A stretch of 64,000 bases of DNA from Phyllobates terribilis (lineage: Eukaryota), in NCBI RefSeq assembly GCF_046119375.1, contig NW_027362773.1, positions 228,656,001 through 228,720,000 on the forward strand, written 5' to 3'. Below the pieces are notes generated by a model that was given only the letters and a program-made list of their open reading frames with translations, did no database searches and was not told the DNA's origin. Below, piece after piece: positions 32,727-43,093 of the stretch. How positions within the stretch are numbered: the first letter of the stretch is position 1; the number at the start of each line of letters is the position of its first letter. The translations under genes and the position numbers were made by a program.

Positions 32727-34964
32727 CTATAGACCTTCCTCTACATAGCTTATGGCGACATTCCGGCCCTGGAAAGAAAACACATTCGCTGGGTTGAAAT
32801 CCCACTTATACAGGAGGTGTTTCTGCCGAAGAATGTCTGTGATTTTTGCTAAGTTTTTCCTTTGTAACATGGTCTCTTTTGAGAGATCAGCAAACGTTTT
32901 AATGTTCTCATAGAGGTGAGGTAGGATTTTGTTAGTTCTTATAAATTCTTTTAACCTTTCTTTTGTATGAAAGAAATGGAATTTGACAATTACGTCTCTT
33001 GGAATGTCCGATCTGATATGTTTAGGATTTGGAAGTCTATGGAATCTAACAATAGTGACATCTAGATCTGTCAGAGATGGCAAGGACTTCTTTAGCAGAC
33101 AAAGATCTAATTGGGCATTTTTGACTGACTCAGGGATCCCTCTCAGCTTCAGATTTTGTCTTCTATCCCTGTCTTCTAAATCCGTCATCTTATTTTTAAT
33201 GAATTTGACATCTTCCCTTAGAGTACTTTGCTCCTTCCCCAACTTATCAGTCATTTTTCCGAATTCAAAAACCTCAGCTTCATTTCTTTCTACGCTATGT
33301 GAGATGGAATCAATCTAGGTCTGAAGTTTCTCAAATCTCCTATCTAGGTCTTTTTTTGTGTCCAGTCTCATGGATTTTTTAAAAGCTGTAAACAGACTCT
33401 TGAAAAATGTATGGTCTAATGACTGCTCCCATTTGAAACTTTGACGAGGATCATTTGGGTCAGTATAGGATGAATCGTCTCTCCTAGATCTCTGCTTATC
33501 CGGGCTTACAGTAGGTGAGGAGGTCTCATCCTCTTCAGAGCTCTCCTCCGTCACCTGCTTTGTATGAGATGATTTCTTAGATTCCCTCTCCTTCCTCTTT
33601 TTTGAGGATGACTGAGATTCAATGAACATTGAGTCATCAGATATTTCTTTGTCCTGAGACCGGGTGTTCTTAGCAGAAGTTTTATATAGAGATCTTGACC
33701 TGTCCCTAGGTTTGTTGTTGGGAATAGATTTAGGTTTCTGTAGCGCTGGCGTCCCTGCCCTCTGCTAGGCAGGGACGCTGTTCCCCTCACCCCTCTGCTC
33801 TGAGCCCGGCGTCCTCCTCCCGCTCTGCTGGCAGCGCGCGCTCCTTCCCGGCCACTGTGCTTAGGGCGCGCGCGCGCTCCCTCCCTCTTAAAGGGGCCGC
33901 GCGCGCCGTCCTAAGGAGTCCCCGGCCAATGGCCGGAGGACTTCACCATATATAAGGCACCTCCTCCAAAATGGAGGTGCCCGAGCAATGTTGTTGCACT
34001 GTTCACTACTCTGCTTCAGCCCTCAGGTCCCGTTGCCAGTTACCTGCCAGATTCCTGCCAGTTTGCTGTCTGATTCCTGCCTGATATTCCGCTTACCTGC
34101 CTGCTAGCCTGAGGTCCGACGGTCTGCCTACCGACTCCTGTCAGTCTGTCTAAGGACCAGCTTGCCCGCTCACCTGGGATCGCTCTTCTGCTACCTGCCT
34201 GCTAGCCTGAGGTCAGACGGTCTGCCCTCCAACTCCTGTCAGTCTGTCTATGGACCAGCTTGCCAGCTCACCTGGGAGCGCACATCTGCTACCTGCCTGC
34301 TTGCCTACCTGGAGGCTCCGCCGTCACGTGCTGTGACCACCTGCCATTCCAGAGACTCCTGCCCGCTCACCTGGGAGCGCACACCTGCTACCTACCTGCT
34401 AGCCTACCTGGACGCTCCGCCGTCACGTGCTGTGACCACCTGCCATTCCAGAGACTCCTGCCCGCTCACCTGGGAGCGCACACCTGTTACCTGCCTGCTA
34501 GCCTACCTGGAGGCTCCGCCGTCACGTGCTGTGACCACCTGCCATTCCAGAGACTCTTGCTGGCTCACCTGGGAGCACACATCTACCATCTGCCTGCTAG
34601 CCTACCTGGAGGCTCTGCCATCACAGGTCGTACCTACCCTTTACCCAGAGACTGCCCCGGTCACTTGCCGTGACCTCCTGCCCGTTCATCCAGAGACTGC
34701 CCCGGTCACTTGCCGTGACCTCCTGCCCGTTCATCCAGAGACTGCCCCGGTCACTTGCCGTGACCTCCTGCCCGTTCATCCAGAGACTGCCCCGGTCACT
34801 TGCCGTGACCTCCTGCCCGTTCATCCAGAGACTGTCCCGGTCACCTGCTGTGACTGCCTGCCCGTCTTCCCTGGTCGCCACCCGCTCCCTTACAAGGACC
34901 GCCCCCTTGTATAGTAGCTCAGAGGTTCCGCCTCCCAGACCCGTTACAGTTTCGATGAAGACAT
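32727..34964 (-). pseudogene. ORF1: L1 ORF1 pseudogene, split by the solo LTR after codon 5
   Basis: ATG at 34964 (MSSSK|PKSIPN) rejoins across TSD GTTTC; LEDRDRRQNLKLRGIPE and RDVIVKFH motifs. Confidence 0.85.
33739..34948 (+). mobile_element. Solo LTR (1210 bp) closely related to the Gypsy LTRs
   Basis: TGTAGCG...GTTACA, TSD GTTTC (33734-33738, 34949-34953); same TATA and GCCCGAGCAAT segment; expanded internal repeats. Confidence 0.96.
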
Positions 34965-35215
34965 TATGTTAATTGTGATCCCTCACAAGATGAAATTGGA
35001 AAATAATTACCAAACAATTAGGACAGAGTGGTTCAGATAAGTTGCAGTTCACCAGAGTCTTTATGCTGTACTAAACTATCATAGCAATGAGTATTATGAA
35101 TTAGAAGAATAAGGAATGAGTGAAAATCCTAGCTAGAGCGATAAGATTTAAAATCTCAACCTCTAAAGAGATAAAACAACCTATAAAATAAAATAATAAT
35201 ATATATATATAATAC

Positions 35216-35249
<34 letters not shown>

Positions 35250-35268
35250 TGTTTTCACAAAGAAGACC

Positions 35269-35522
35269 AAACCAGGGGAGGAGTCCTGAGGAGATAATTT
35301 GCATATTCCCACTGCATTTTGGGGTAAGTGAAGAGTCTCCGCGAGCTCAAAGAACACTGGATTTTGGCTGTTGGAGCTGAAAAGAGGACATCGGTAAACC
35401 AGGGGAGGAGTCCTGAGGAGATAATTTGCATATTCCCACTGCATTTTGGGGTAAGTGAAGAGTCTCCGCGAGCTCAAAGAACACTGGATTTTGGCTGTTG
35501 GAGCTGAAAAGAGGACATCGGT
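35269..35522 (+). repeat. Two tandem 127-bp monomers at the CR1 5' end, each with ATTTGCAT and GGTAAGT
   Basis: 35269-35395 is repeated at 35396-35522; octamer at 35297 and 35424; donor-like GTAAGT at 35324 and 35451. Confidence 0.9.
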
Positions 35523-35607
35523 AAACCGCGCGCCTACCGGCGCGCTCATTTTGAAGCTTTTTTTTTTAAGCTTTTTTCACTGTTTTCAGAACATTAACAA
35601 TAAGAAC

Positions 35608-36570
35608 ATGGAAGAGTCCAGGAGCCATTTGGTGAGCTGCATATCCTGCTACATGTTCACAGACTTGCCAGTGGAAAAGCCAAACTTCACATGCCAGAAA
35701 TGCAAGCTTGTGTCCCTGTTGGAGGAAAAGTTGCGAAATCTAGAAGAGAGGTTAACTACCTTAAAAATCATTAAGGAAGGTGAAGAGTTCTTAGACAGAG
35801 CAGAATTATCTCTTCATGATTCAGAAAGAGAAGAAATTCGAACTGCACCTGACGAAACAGAGGAATGGAAGCATGTGACCCACAGAAGCAGGAGGATCGA
35901 GAGGCAGTCAGCACCCATACTGCTCAGGAACCAGTACCAGGCTCTCACGCAGGAGAACCATGAAGAAATACAGCAAAATAAGACTTTGCCAGCAATGAAT
36001 AACCTTGTAAGCCCTCAGAATCCTCCTGGATGGAGAAAGAAGAATGTGGTGAAGAAAAAACGGAGAGTGGTGGTCATGGGGGATTCCCTGTTAAGAGGAA
36101 CAGAGGCCGCTATCTGCAGACCAGACATAACCTCAAGAGAAATGTGCTGTCTTCCAGGAGCAAAAATTAAAGATGTGTCTGACAGGATATCAAGACTCTT
36201 CAGACCTACAGATCACTACCCATTCCTGCTAATACATGTGGGGACAAATGACACCGCAAGAAAGGACCTGGAAACCATCTGCAGTGACTTTGAAGACTTA
36301 GGCAAGAAAGTGAAAGAATTGGGAGCGCAGGTGGTCTTCTCATCCATCCTCCCAGTGGATGGCCATGGAACAATGAGGTGGAATAAGATTCTACAGGTGA
36401 ACAACTGGCTACGTCGATGGTGCCGTCAACAAGGATTTGGATTTCTGGATCACGGAATGAATTACCTATACGATGGACTACTTGCTAGAGATGGGGTGCA
36501 CCTTATGAAGACTGGAAAACATGTATTTGGAAGTCGCCTTGCTACACTCATCAGAAGAGCTTTAAACTAG
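35608..36570 (+). CDS. ORF1: CR1 ORF1 (Cys zinc-finger-like N-terminus, coiled coil, SGNH/GDSL esterase)
   Basis: CISC...CQKC; VVMGDSLLRG, HVGTND, DGVHL. ATG at 35608. Confidence 0.93.
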   Translation: MEESRSHLVSCISCYMFTDLPVEKPNFTCQKCKLVSLLEEKLRNLEERLTTLKIIKEGEEFLDRAELSLHDSEREEIRTAPDETEEWKHVTHRSRRIERQSAPILLRNQYQALTQENHEEIQQNKTLPAMNNLVSPQNPPGWRKKNVVKKKRRVVVMGDSLLRGTEAAICRPDITSREMCCLPGAKIKDVSDRISRLFRPTDHYPFLLIHVGTNDTARKDLETICSDFEDLGKKVKELGAQVVFSSILPVDGHGTMRWNKILQVNNWLRRWCRQQGFGFLDHGMNYLYDGLLARDGVHLMKTGKHVFGSRLATLIRRALN

Positions 36571-36692
36571 AACAATGTGGGAAGGGAAGCAAAAGGCCAG
36601 AAAAAGCCATACAGCTGACAAATACTATTGAGATCTCTGCTACTGGAAGTGGAAAGGAAGAACAAAGACAAAACAATTTAAATAATAAAAAT

Positions 36693-39482
36693 ATGGGAGG
36701 AAGAGAAACCAATCACAAACTAAAATGTTTTTATACAAATGCACAAAGCATGGGCAACAAACAAGGAGAATTGGAACTACTAATGCAGGAAAAGGAATAT
36801 GATGTCATTGGAATCACTGAAACTTGGTGGGACGATACACATGATTGGAATAAAAGGCTAAAAGGATACAACTTATTTGCAAGAAACAGACTTGATAAAC
36901 GAGGAGGAGGTGTTGCATTGTATGTTAGAAAAGCGTATATCTGCACAGAGATTGAAGCTTCAGAGACTGGGAGTTCTGTGGAAACTGTTTGGGTAAGAAT
37001 ACAAGGAGAGAACAACGGAAAGGACACCATTGTAGGCATTTACTACAGGCCACCTGGGCAAGCTGAAGATATGGATGAACTCTTTATGTATCAAATGACC
37101 AAGTTCTCCAAAAAATATGACGTAGTGGTCATGGGAGATTTCAACTATCCAGACATTTGTTGGGAATCTCTCTCAAGTAAAACTAACAGGTCAAGCAAAT
37201 TCTTATCCTCTCTTGCTGACAACTTTATCTTCCAAAAGGTAGGGGAGAAAACAAGGGGATCTGCTACTTTGGATCTAATCCTTATAAACAGGGAGGAAAT
37301 GGTTGAGGAGGTAAAGGTGGCTGGGACCCTAGGAGGCAGCGATCATGCTATTATAGAATTTTGGATAACTAGAGGAGGAAGACATGTGAAGACTCAGACT
37401 TCAAGGTTAGATTTTAGAAAGGCAGATTTTAAGAGACTCAGAAAGAGAATAGGAGGGATCCAATGGCTGGATGTCCTTAAGGACAAAAATGTCCAGGAAG
37501 AATGGGAAATTTTTAAAAATGAGATTCTCAAAGCACAATCGTTAACAATCCCGAAAAGTAGGAAGAATGGGAAGCATTTAAGGAAACCAGGATGGATGAA
37601 CACAGAACTTAAACACATGCTAAAAAGAAAGAAAGAAATGTTTATTAAATGGAAAGAGGGAGGCATATCTAAAGAAGATTATAATGCAGTCTGCAGATCC
37701 TGCAGGGCACGTATCAGGTTAGCTAAAGCTGACAATGAATTAAGGCTTGCAAGAGATGTCAAAAGCAATAAAAAAGGATTTTGGGGGTATGTCAAAAGTA
37801 AAAGAAAAGTCAAAGATGCTATAGGATTTTTACAGGATGAAAATGGAGAAATGGTAAGAGAGGATGTTGAGAAGGCCGAACTTTTTATTTCCTATTTTGC
37901 ATCTGTTTTCTCTCAGAAAGAAAATGTAACATCAACTGATCTTCACTGTCCTTTTAAAGGAATAGAGGAATCCAAGTTATCAGTAAACAGAAAGATTGTG
38001 AGGGAATATTTAGCTAACATAAATGAGTTCAAGTCTCCAGGTCCAAATGAATTACACCCCAGAGTACTGAAGGAGATCGTAGAAGAAATTTTAGAACCAC
38101 TCTCCATAATCTTTGAAAATTCTTGGAGAACAGGAGAAGTCCCAGAAGACTGGACAAGAGCAAATGTTGTTCCTATCTTCAAAAAGGGGAAGAAGGTGGA
38201 CCCAGGGAACTATAGGCCGGTGAGTCTGACTTCTATACCAGGAAAGATATTTGAACAAATTATTAAACAACATGTATGTAAGTACATGGATAAGAATGAA
38301 GTGATTAACCAGAGTCAGCATGGGTTTGTAACTAACAAGTCATGTCAGACTAACTTAATTTCCTTCTATGACAGAATCACTGACTGGGTGGATCAGGGAA
38401 ATGCTGTAGATATAGTATATCTTGACTTCAGCAAAGCATTTGACAAAGTATCTCACACCATCCTTATTGAAAAAATGACCAAGTATGCAATGGACCAGGC
38501 AACTGTTAGGTGGATTCATAACTGGCTTAGTGATCGGACTCAAAGGGTGGTTGTAAATGGCTTCACATCCAGCTGGATGAATGTCTCAAGTGGGGTACCA
38601 CAGGGCTCCGTCCTGGGACCTGTATTGTTCAACATCTTTATCAATGATTTAGATGAAGGAATTGAGGGTAAACTGATTAAATTTGCTGATGACACAAAGC
38701 TAGGAGGGATAGCTAATACTAGAGAAGAGAGAGAGAGGATTCAAAAAGACCTAAATAAACTGGAGCAGTGGGCAGCAACCAACAGAATGGTTTTTAACAG
38801 GGAAAAATGCAAAGTACTACATCTGGGAAATAAAAATGAAAAAAGCATATACAGAATGGGAGGAATAGAGCTAAGCAACAGTACATGTGAAAAAGACTTA
38901 GGTATACTAATAGATCATAGACTGAACATGAGTCAACAGTGTGATGCAGCAGCAAAAAAGGCAAATACAATTCTGGGATGTATTAACAGAAGCATACAGT
39001 CTAGATCACGTGAAGTCATTATCGGTCTTTACTCCTCTTTGGTCAGACCTCATCTGGAATACTGTGTACAGTTTTGGGCACCACATTTTAAAAAAGACAT
39101 AGACAAACTGGAGCAAGTTCAGAGAAGAGCGACCAGAATGGTGACTGGTCTGCAAACCATGTCCTATGAGGAACGGTTGCAGGATTTGGGAATGTTTAGC
39201 TTGCAAAAAAGAAGACTGAGAGGAGACTTAATAGCTGTCTACAAATATGTCAAGGGCTGTCACATTGTAGAAGGATCATCTTTATTCTCATTTGCACAAG
39301 GAAAGACTAGAAGCAATGGGATGAAACTAAATGGGAGGAGACACAGATTAGATATTAGAAAAAACTTTTTGACAGTTAGGGTGATTAATGAGTGGAACAG
39401 GCTGCCACGAGAGGTGGTGAGTTCCCCTTCAATGGACGTCTTCAAACAGAGGCTGGACAGACATCTGTCTGAGATGATCTAG
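36693..39482 (+). CDS. ORF2: CR1 ORF2 (APE endonuclease and reverse transcriptase), 929 aa
   Basis: CFYTNAQS, ITETWW, GDFNYP, SDH; YRPVSLTS, LDFSKAFD, GVPQGSVLGP, KFADD, LVRPHLEYC. No stops. Confidence 0.97.
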   Translation: MGGRETNHKLKCFYTNAQSMGNKQGELELLMQEKEYDVIGITETWWDDTHDWNKRLKGYNLFARNRLDKRGGGVALYVRKAYICTEIEASETGSSVETVWVRIQGENNGKDTIVGIYYRPPGQAEDMDELFMYQMTKFSKKYDVVVMGDFNYPDICWESLSSKTNRSSKFLSSLADNFIFQKVGEKTRGSATLDLILINREEMVEEVKVAGTLGGSDHAIIEFWITRGGRHVKTQTSRLDFRKADFKRLRKRIGGIQWLDVLKDKNVQEEWEIFKNEILKAQSLTIPKSRKNGKHLRKPGWMNTELKHMLKRKKEMFIKWKEGGISKEDYNAVCRSCRARIRLAKADNELRLARDVKSNKKGFWGYVKSKRKVKDAIGFLQDENGEMVREDVEKAELFISYFASVFSQKENVTSTDLHCPFKGIEESKLSVNRKIVREYLANINEFKSPGPNELHPRVLKEIVEEILEPLSIIFENSWRTGEVPEDWTRANVVPIFKKGKKVDPGNYRPVSLTSIPGKIFEQIIKQHVCKYMDKNEVINQSQHGFVTNKSCQTNLISFYDRITDWVDQGNAVDIVYLDFSKAFDKVSHTILIEKMTKYAMDQATVRWIHNWLSDRTQRVVVNGFTSSWMNVSSGVPQGSVLGPVLFNIFINDLDEGIEGKLIKFADDTKLGGIANTREERERIQKDLNKLEQWAATNRMVFNREKCKVLHLGNKNEKSIYRMGGIELSNSTCEKDLGILIDHRLNMSQQCDAAAKKANTILGCINRSIQSRSREVIIGLYSSLVRPHLEYCVQFWAPHFKKDIDKLEQVQRRATRMVTGLQTMSYEERLQDLGMFSLQKRRLRGDLIAVYKYVKGCHIVEGSSLFSFAQGKTRSNGMKLNGRRHRLDIRKNFLTVRVINEWNRLPREVVSSPSMDVFKQRLDRHLSEMI

Positions 39483-41319
39483 TGAATCCTGCTTTGAGCA
39501 GGGGGTTGGACCAGATGACCCAGGAGGTCCCTTCCAACTCTACCATTCTATGATTCTATGATTCTATGAGAAAAAAGATCATAAGAATCTAAAGACCCCT
39601 GGCTGCAGTATCAAAAATCAGCCACCAGAGCCCGCCACTGAGGTGAAAAATTTAAGAGAGAAATATAGCTTTCATACATCCAGTAAATTAGTTATATATA
39701 AAGTAGACATATTTCTAACAAATAAATGTATGTTATTAAAAACAATTACCTTAGGTATTACAATAAAAGTAGATATCAGCTGTCTTCAGATATTAGCTAA
39801 TCAAATCTGCTCATTTTTCTCCCATTCACTATTACACACAGTATGAAGAGAAGGCAACATCTTACCTACACCAAGAACCACGGCACCAAGACATGTACAT
39901 ATATATAATAATAAAGAGTCTTGTTGCAGTGTTAGCAATGACAGAGGAAAAATCACCACACACACAAAAAAAATATATATAAACACTGGTTTCCCTTTTC
40001 AGATCTACGCAGCTCGTGTTCGTTGGAAACCCAATGATTTAATTTGCTCACGGAGAGTCCTCTCGTCTCTGTACCGAAATTGTTGTTTATAATGATAATC
40101 AACTATCGCGGCCAAAGATATTAATAAATATTTTTCAAGAACTGTAATATCTCTTGTTAGTCATACATTTGTAGATCTATATCAGGAGTAAAAGGGATGT
40201 CAAGTCCATATGTAGTCTTTTCAGTTAGATCATCACAGTTTTACATAAAATGGCGGAGTTAAGAACCGTAAAGCACAAGATGGCGGCACCAAAACTCAGT
40301 GAAGATCCCACAGTCATGCAATAAATGGTACCCATGTGTAATAGATTTAAATAAGACTACTTAAATCCTTTTAGATCATAAAACCTCTGTTATCACACAA
40401 CATGGCGTAGTTGAATATGATGAAGTACAAAAATGGCGTCAATGTAAAATTTGTGACACGGCAAAAAAAAAAAAAGGTACTTATCCGTTCAAGTGCGGCG
40501 AATCTTCAAAGCTTCTATGTAGTACGAGATGAACCCCAAGGTCAAATCAAAGACAAGGTGATGAAATAATGAGGTAATAAGATCTCAAGATAGCTCAAAT
40601 CTTTAAGCTTCCCTCAGGAAAATTACTCAGCATAGTTGTGAGGTAAAATTTTTCAGATAATATCAAAGAAGGTCTCAAAATGTTTCAGAAGCATCCTGAG
40701 TTTAGTAGCTTTTTAGAAGAGTTCAATGTCATTGAATAGGCATTTCATCCCAGTTCCTTATTCTGAGGCAGGAGCACAAGAAAACACGTACCTACTCCAT
40801 GACTAGCAGGCCAAGCCCCAAACTATCCGGTTTGTTAATGCAAGAACGAGGCATATCTAAAAAAACATAGAAACATGTCAATATGCTAAGAAATCCTAAA
40901 ACTATATACCTTACAGAGAGCGCATTTATAAAAGTAGATGATGCAACTGTAATTAGGATGATGTCATTGGAGCTGATTTGGCATTTTTTGATTGGTCACC
41001 CTAAGATTATAGACTACTGAAGGCTCAATAGACTAAATAGATGATGTAATAGACTAGCTACTAACAATGGAATAATGATGATGATGAAATAATAAGACAC
41101 CATTTTTCTATAAGCTGCATGAAAGGTGTCATAATTAATTACAACCTACTTGGGATCTTGAAAATTAGAGGCAATCAGCAAATGTAAGCATCATATTTGT
41201 TTTCGGCACCACAAAATTAGTTGAGTTCAACTATTTTCGTCTCGGAACCAATTTGGATGTAGAATAGTGATATTTGGGGTCTCTTTCCATTGAATCTCGC
41301 TGAACTTTGGCAGTAGAAT

Positions 41320-41426
41320 TTAGCCAAATGTTTTTAAAGCTCTCGGAAGCCTGTCAGAACTGGGAACTTTGTTATTAGCCATTACAGCAACAGCTTCCTC
41401 TAATTCCTCTACCTGAATTGGGCTGT
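41320..41426 (-). pseudogene. Short L1 ORF2 fragment
   Basis: SPIQVEELEEAVAVMANNKVPSSDRLP resembles the L1 'I..EE...A...M...K.PG.DG.P' motif. Confidence 0.55.
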
Positions 41427-42614
41427 TTAACCACTTTCTGACACAGGGCGTATTAGTACGTATCTGTGCCCAGGGCCTTATTGGCCTGAAACGTATTAAT
41501 ACGCGTTGGCGATTTCGCCAGCACACAACATCCGGGTCACCAGGAGGCAGGAAGTTGCTTTGGTCATGCGAAGTGCACGACCAAATTAACTTCTCCCTGT
41601 GCAGCGCTGACAGGCAGCATGGCATAGGGAGCTGCTGCTCTCTATGCAATGCAGGCGATTAGGCTGCAAAAAGTGAAAGTCCCATAGTGGGACAATGTGA
41701 ACAAGTAATAAAAATGTCAGAAAATGAAAAAAAAAATTGTCAAAATATTAAAAAAAAATGAAAAAAAAATAATAATAAAAAATATATATATTGTACCCAT
41801 AAATAAATAATCTTATGAAAAAAAAAAAAAACAATAAAAGTACACATATTTGGTATCGCCGCGTCTGGAACGACCTGACCTATAAAACTGTCCCACTAGT
41901 TAACCCCTTTAGTGAACACGGTAAAAAAAAACAAAAAAAAAAGAAACATAAAACAATGTTTTATCATCATACCGCCAAACAAAAAATGAAATAAAACGCA
42001 ATCAAAAAGACAAATGTAAATAAAAATGGTACCACTGAAAACGTCATCTTGTCCCGCAAAAAACAAGCCGCAATACAGCTCCAACAACAGAAAAATAAAA
42101 AATTATAGCTCTCAGAATAAAGCGATGCAAAAACAATTCTTTTTTCTATAAAATAGTTTTTATTGTGTAAAAGCGCCAAAATATTAAAAAAAAAATTAGT
42201 TACCACTGTACCACCCAAAGAATAAAGCTACCTTATCAATTTTACCACACGCAGAACGGCATAAAAACAATTCCTGAATTGTTGTTTTTTGTTTATTCTG
42301 CCTCCCAAAAATCGGAATAGAAAGCGATCAAAAAAATGTCATTTGCCCAAAAATGATACCGATAAAAACGTCAACTTGTCCCGCAAAAAACAAGCCGTCA
42401 CATGACTCTGTCGGCCGAAATATGGAAAAATTATAGCTCTCAAAATATGGCAATGCAAAAACTAGTCTTTGCAAAAAAATGCGTCTTTTAGTGTGTGACA
42501 GCTGTCAATCATAAAAACCCGATATGAATCTGGCATCGCTGTAATTGCACCGACCCGAAGAATAACGTCGTCTAATCACTTACACCACACGAGGAACGGA
42601 GTAAAAAATAAACT

Positions 42615-42740
42615 TTAGGGTTAGGGTTGTCCTAGGGTTAGGGTTGGGCTAGGGTTGGGGTTAGGGTTGGGTTAGGGCTAGGCTAAGGTTAGGGTTAGGC
42701 TAGGGTTAAGGTTGGGCTAAGGTTCGGGTTGGGGTTGGGA
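42615..42740 (+). repeat. Degenerate (TTAGGG)n-like tract
   Basis: ttagggttagggttg...tagggttagggttgggctagggttggggttagggttgggttaggg. Confidence 0.8.
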
Positions 42741-42784
42741 TTTTTTCAGAAGTAAAGAAAAAAAAAATGACGACGATATGGCGA

Positions 42785-43093
42785 CTAGTGAGCGCAAGTA
42801 CTCTATACTTGAGTTTGCATCGGGAGCTTGGGTATGCACCGAGTATGGCGGGTGCTCAAGTGACATGCTCGAGTCTCCTCCCCAAATGTTTTGCAGCTGT
42901 TATACAGCCAAAAAAACCTTGCGGGGATTGCCTGCCATGCACGAGCGATCCCCGCATGTTTTTTTTTTGTGTGTCTAATAAAAAAAACATGCGGGGCAGG
43001 GACTCGAGCATGTCACTTGAGCACCCGCGATACTTGGTGCATACCCTAGTACCTGATGCAAACTCAAATAGCGAGCACTTGCACTCAAGACTA
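42785..43093. mobile_element. Degenerate palindromic hAT-type MITE
   Basis: Inverted arms (GGTGCTCAAGTGACATGCTCGAGTC / GACTCGAGCATGTCACTTGAGCACC) and degenerate TAG...CTA ends. Confidence 0.6.

Larger units (their letters stand above)
35269..39569 (+). mobile_element. Apparently intact CR1 LINE (5' boundary approximate)
   Basis: Two open ORFs; 3' tail (ATTCTATG)x3 at 39545-39568; duplicated 127-bp 5' monomers. Confidence 0.95.
21922..40818 (-). mobile_element. Full-length but decayed L1 (second family), interrupted by a Gypsy element, a solo LTR and a CR1
   Basis: 11-bp TSD CAAACTATCCG (21911-21921, 40819-40829); minus-strand 5' end GGGCTTGGCC; A-rich tail near 21925; ORF1 and ORF2 fragments in order. 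Confidence 0.92.
20657..41269 (-). mobile_element. Chapaev3-like (CMC superfamily) DNA transposon, internally deleted (about 1.7 kb of own sequence), carrying about 19 kb of nested retroelements
   Basis: 12-bp TIR CACTGTTCTACA / TGTAGAATAGTG with ATA TSD on both sides. The transposase N-terminus MPRSCINKPDS (from 40854) rejoins YICGEV..RKAYNLYFGC..QDKSWAPHICC..PMIWREPTDH..CYF..NDLVRDLGLSK across the L1 TSD. The family name comes from motif recall. Confidence 0.78.

Noticed and set aside
34162-34972. 250-aa and overlapping ORFs in the solo LTR
   Set aside because: Products of 45-bp and roughly 100-bp tandem repeats; no domain motifs.
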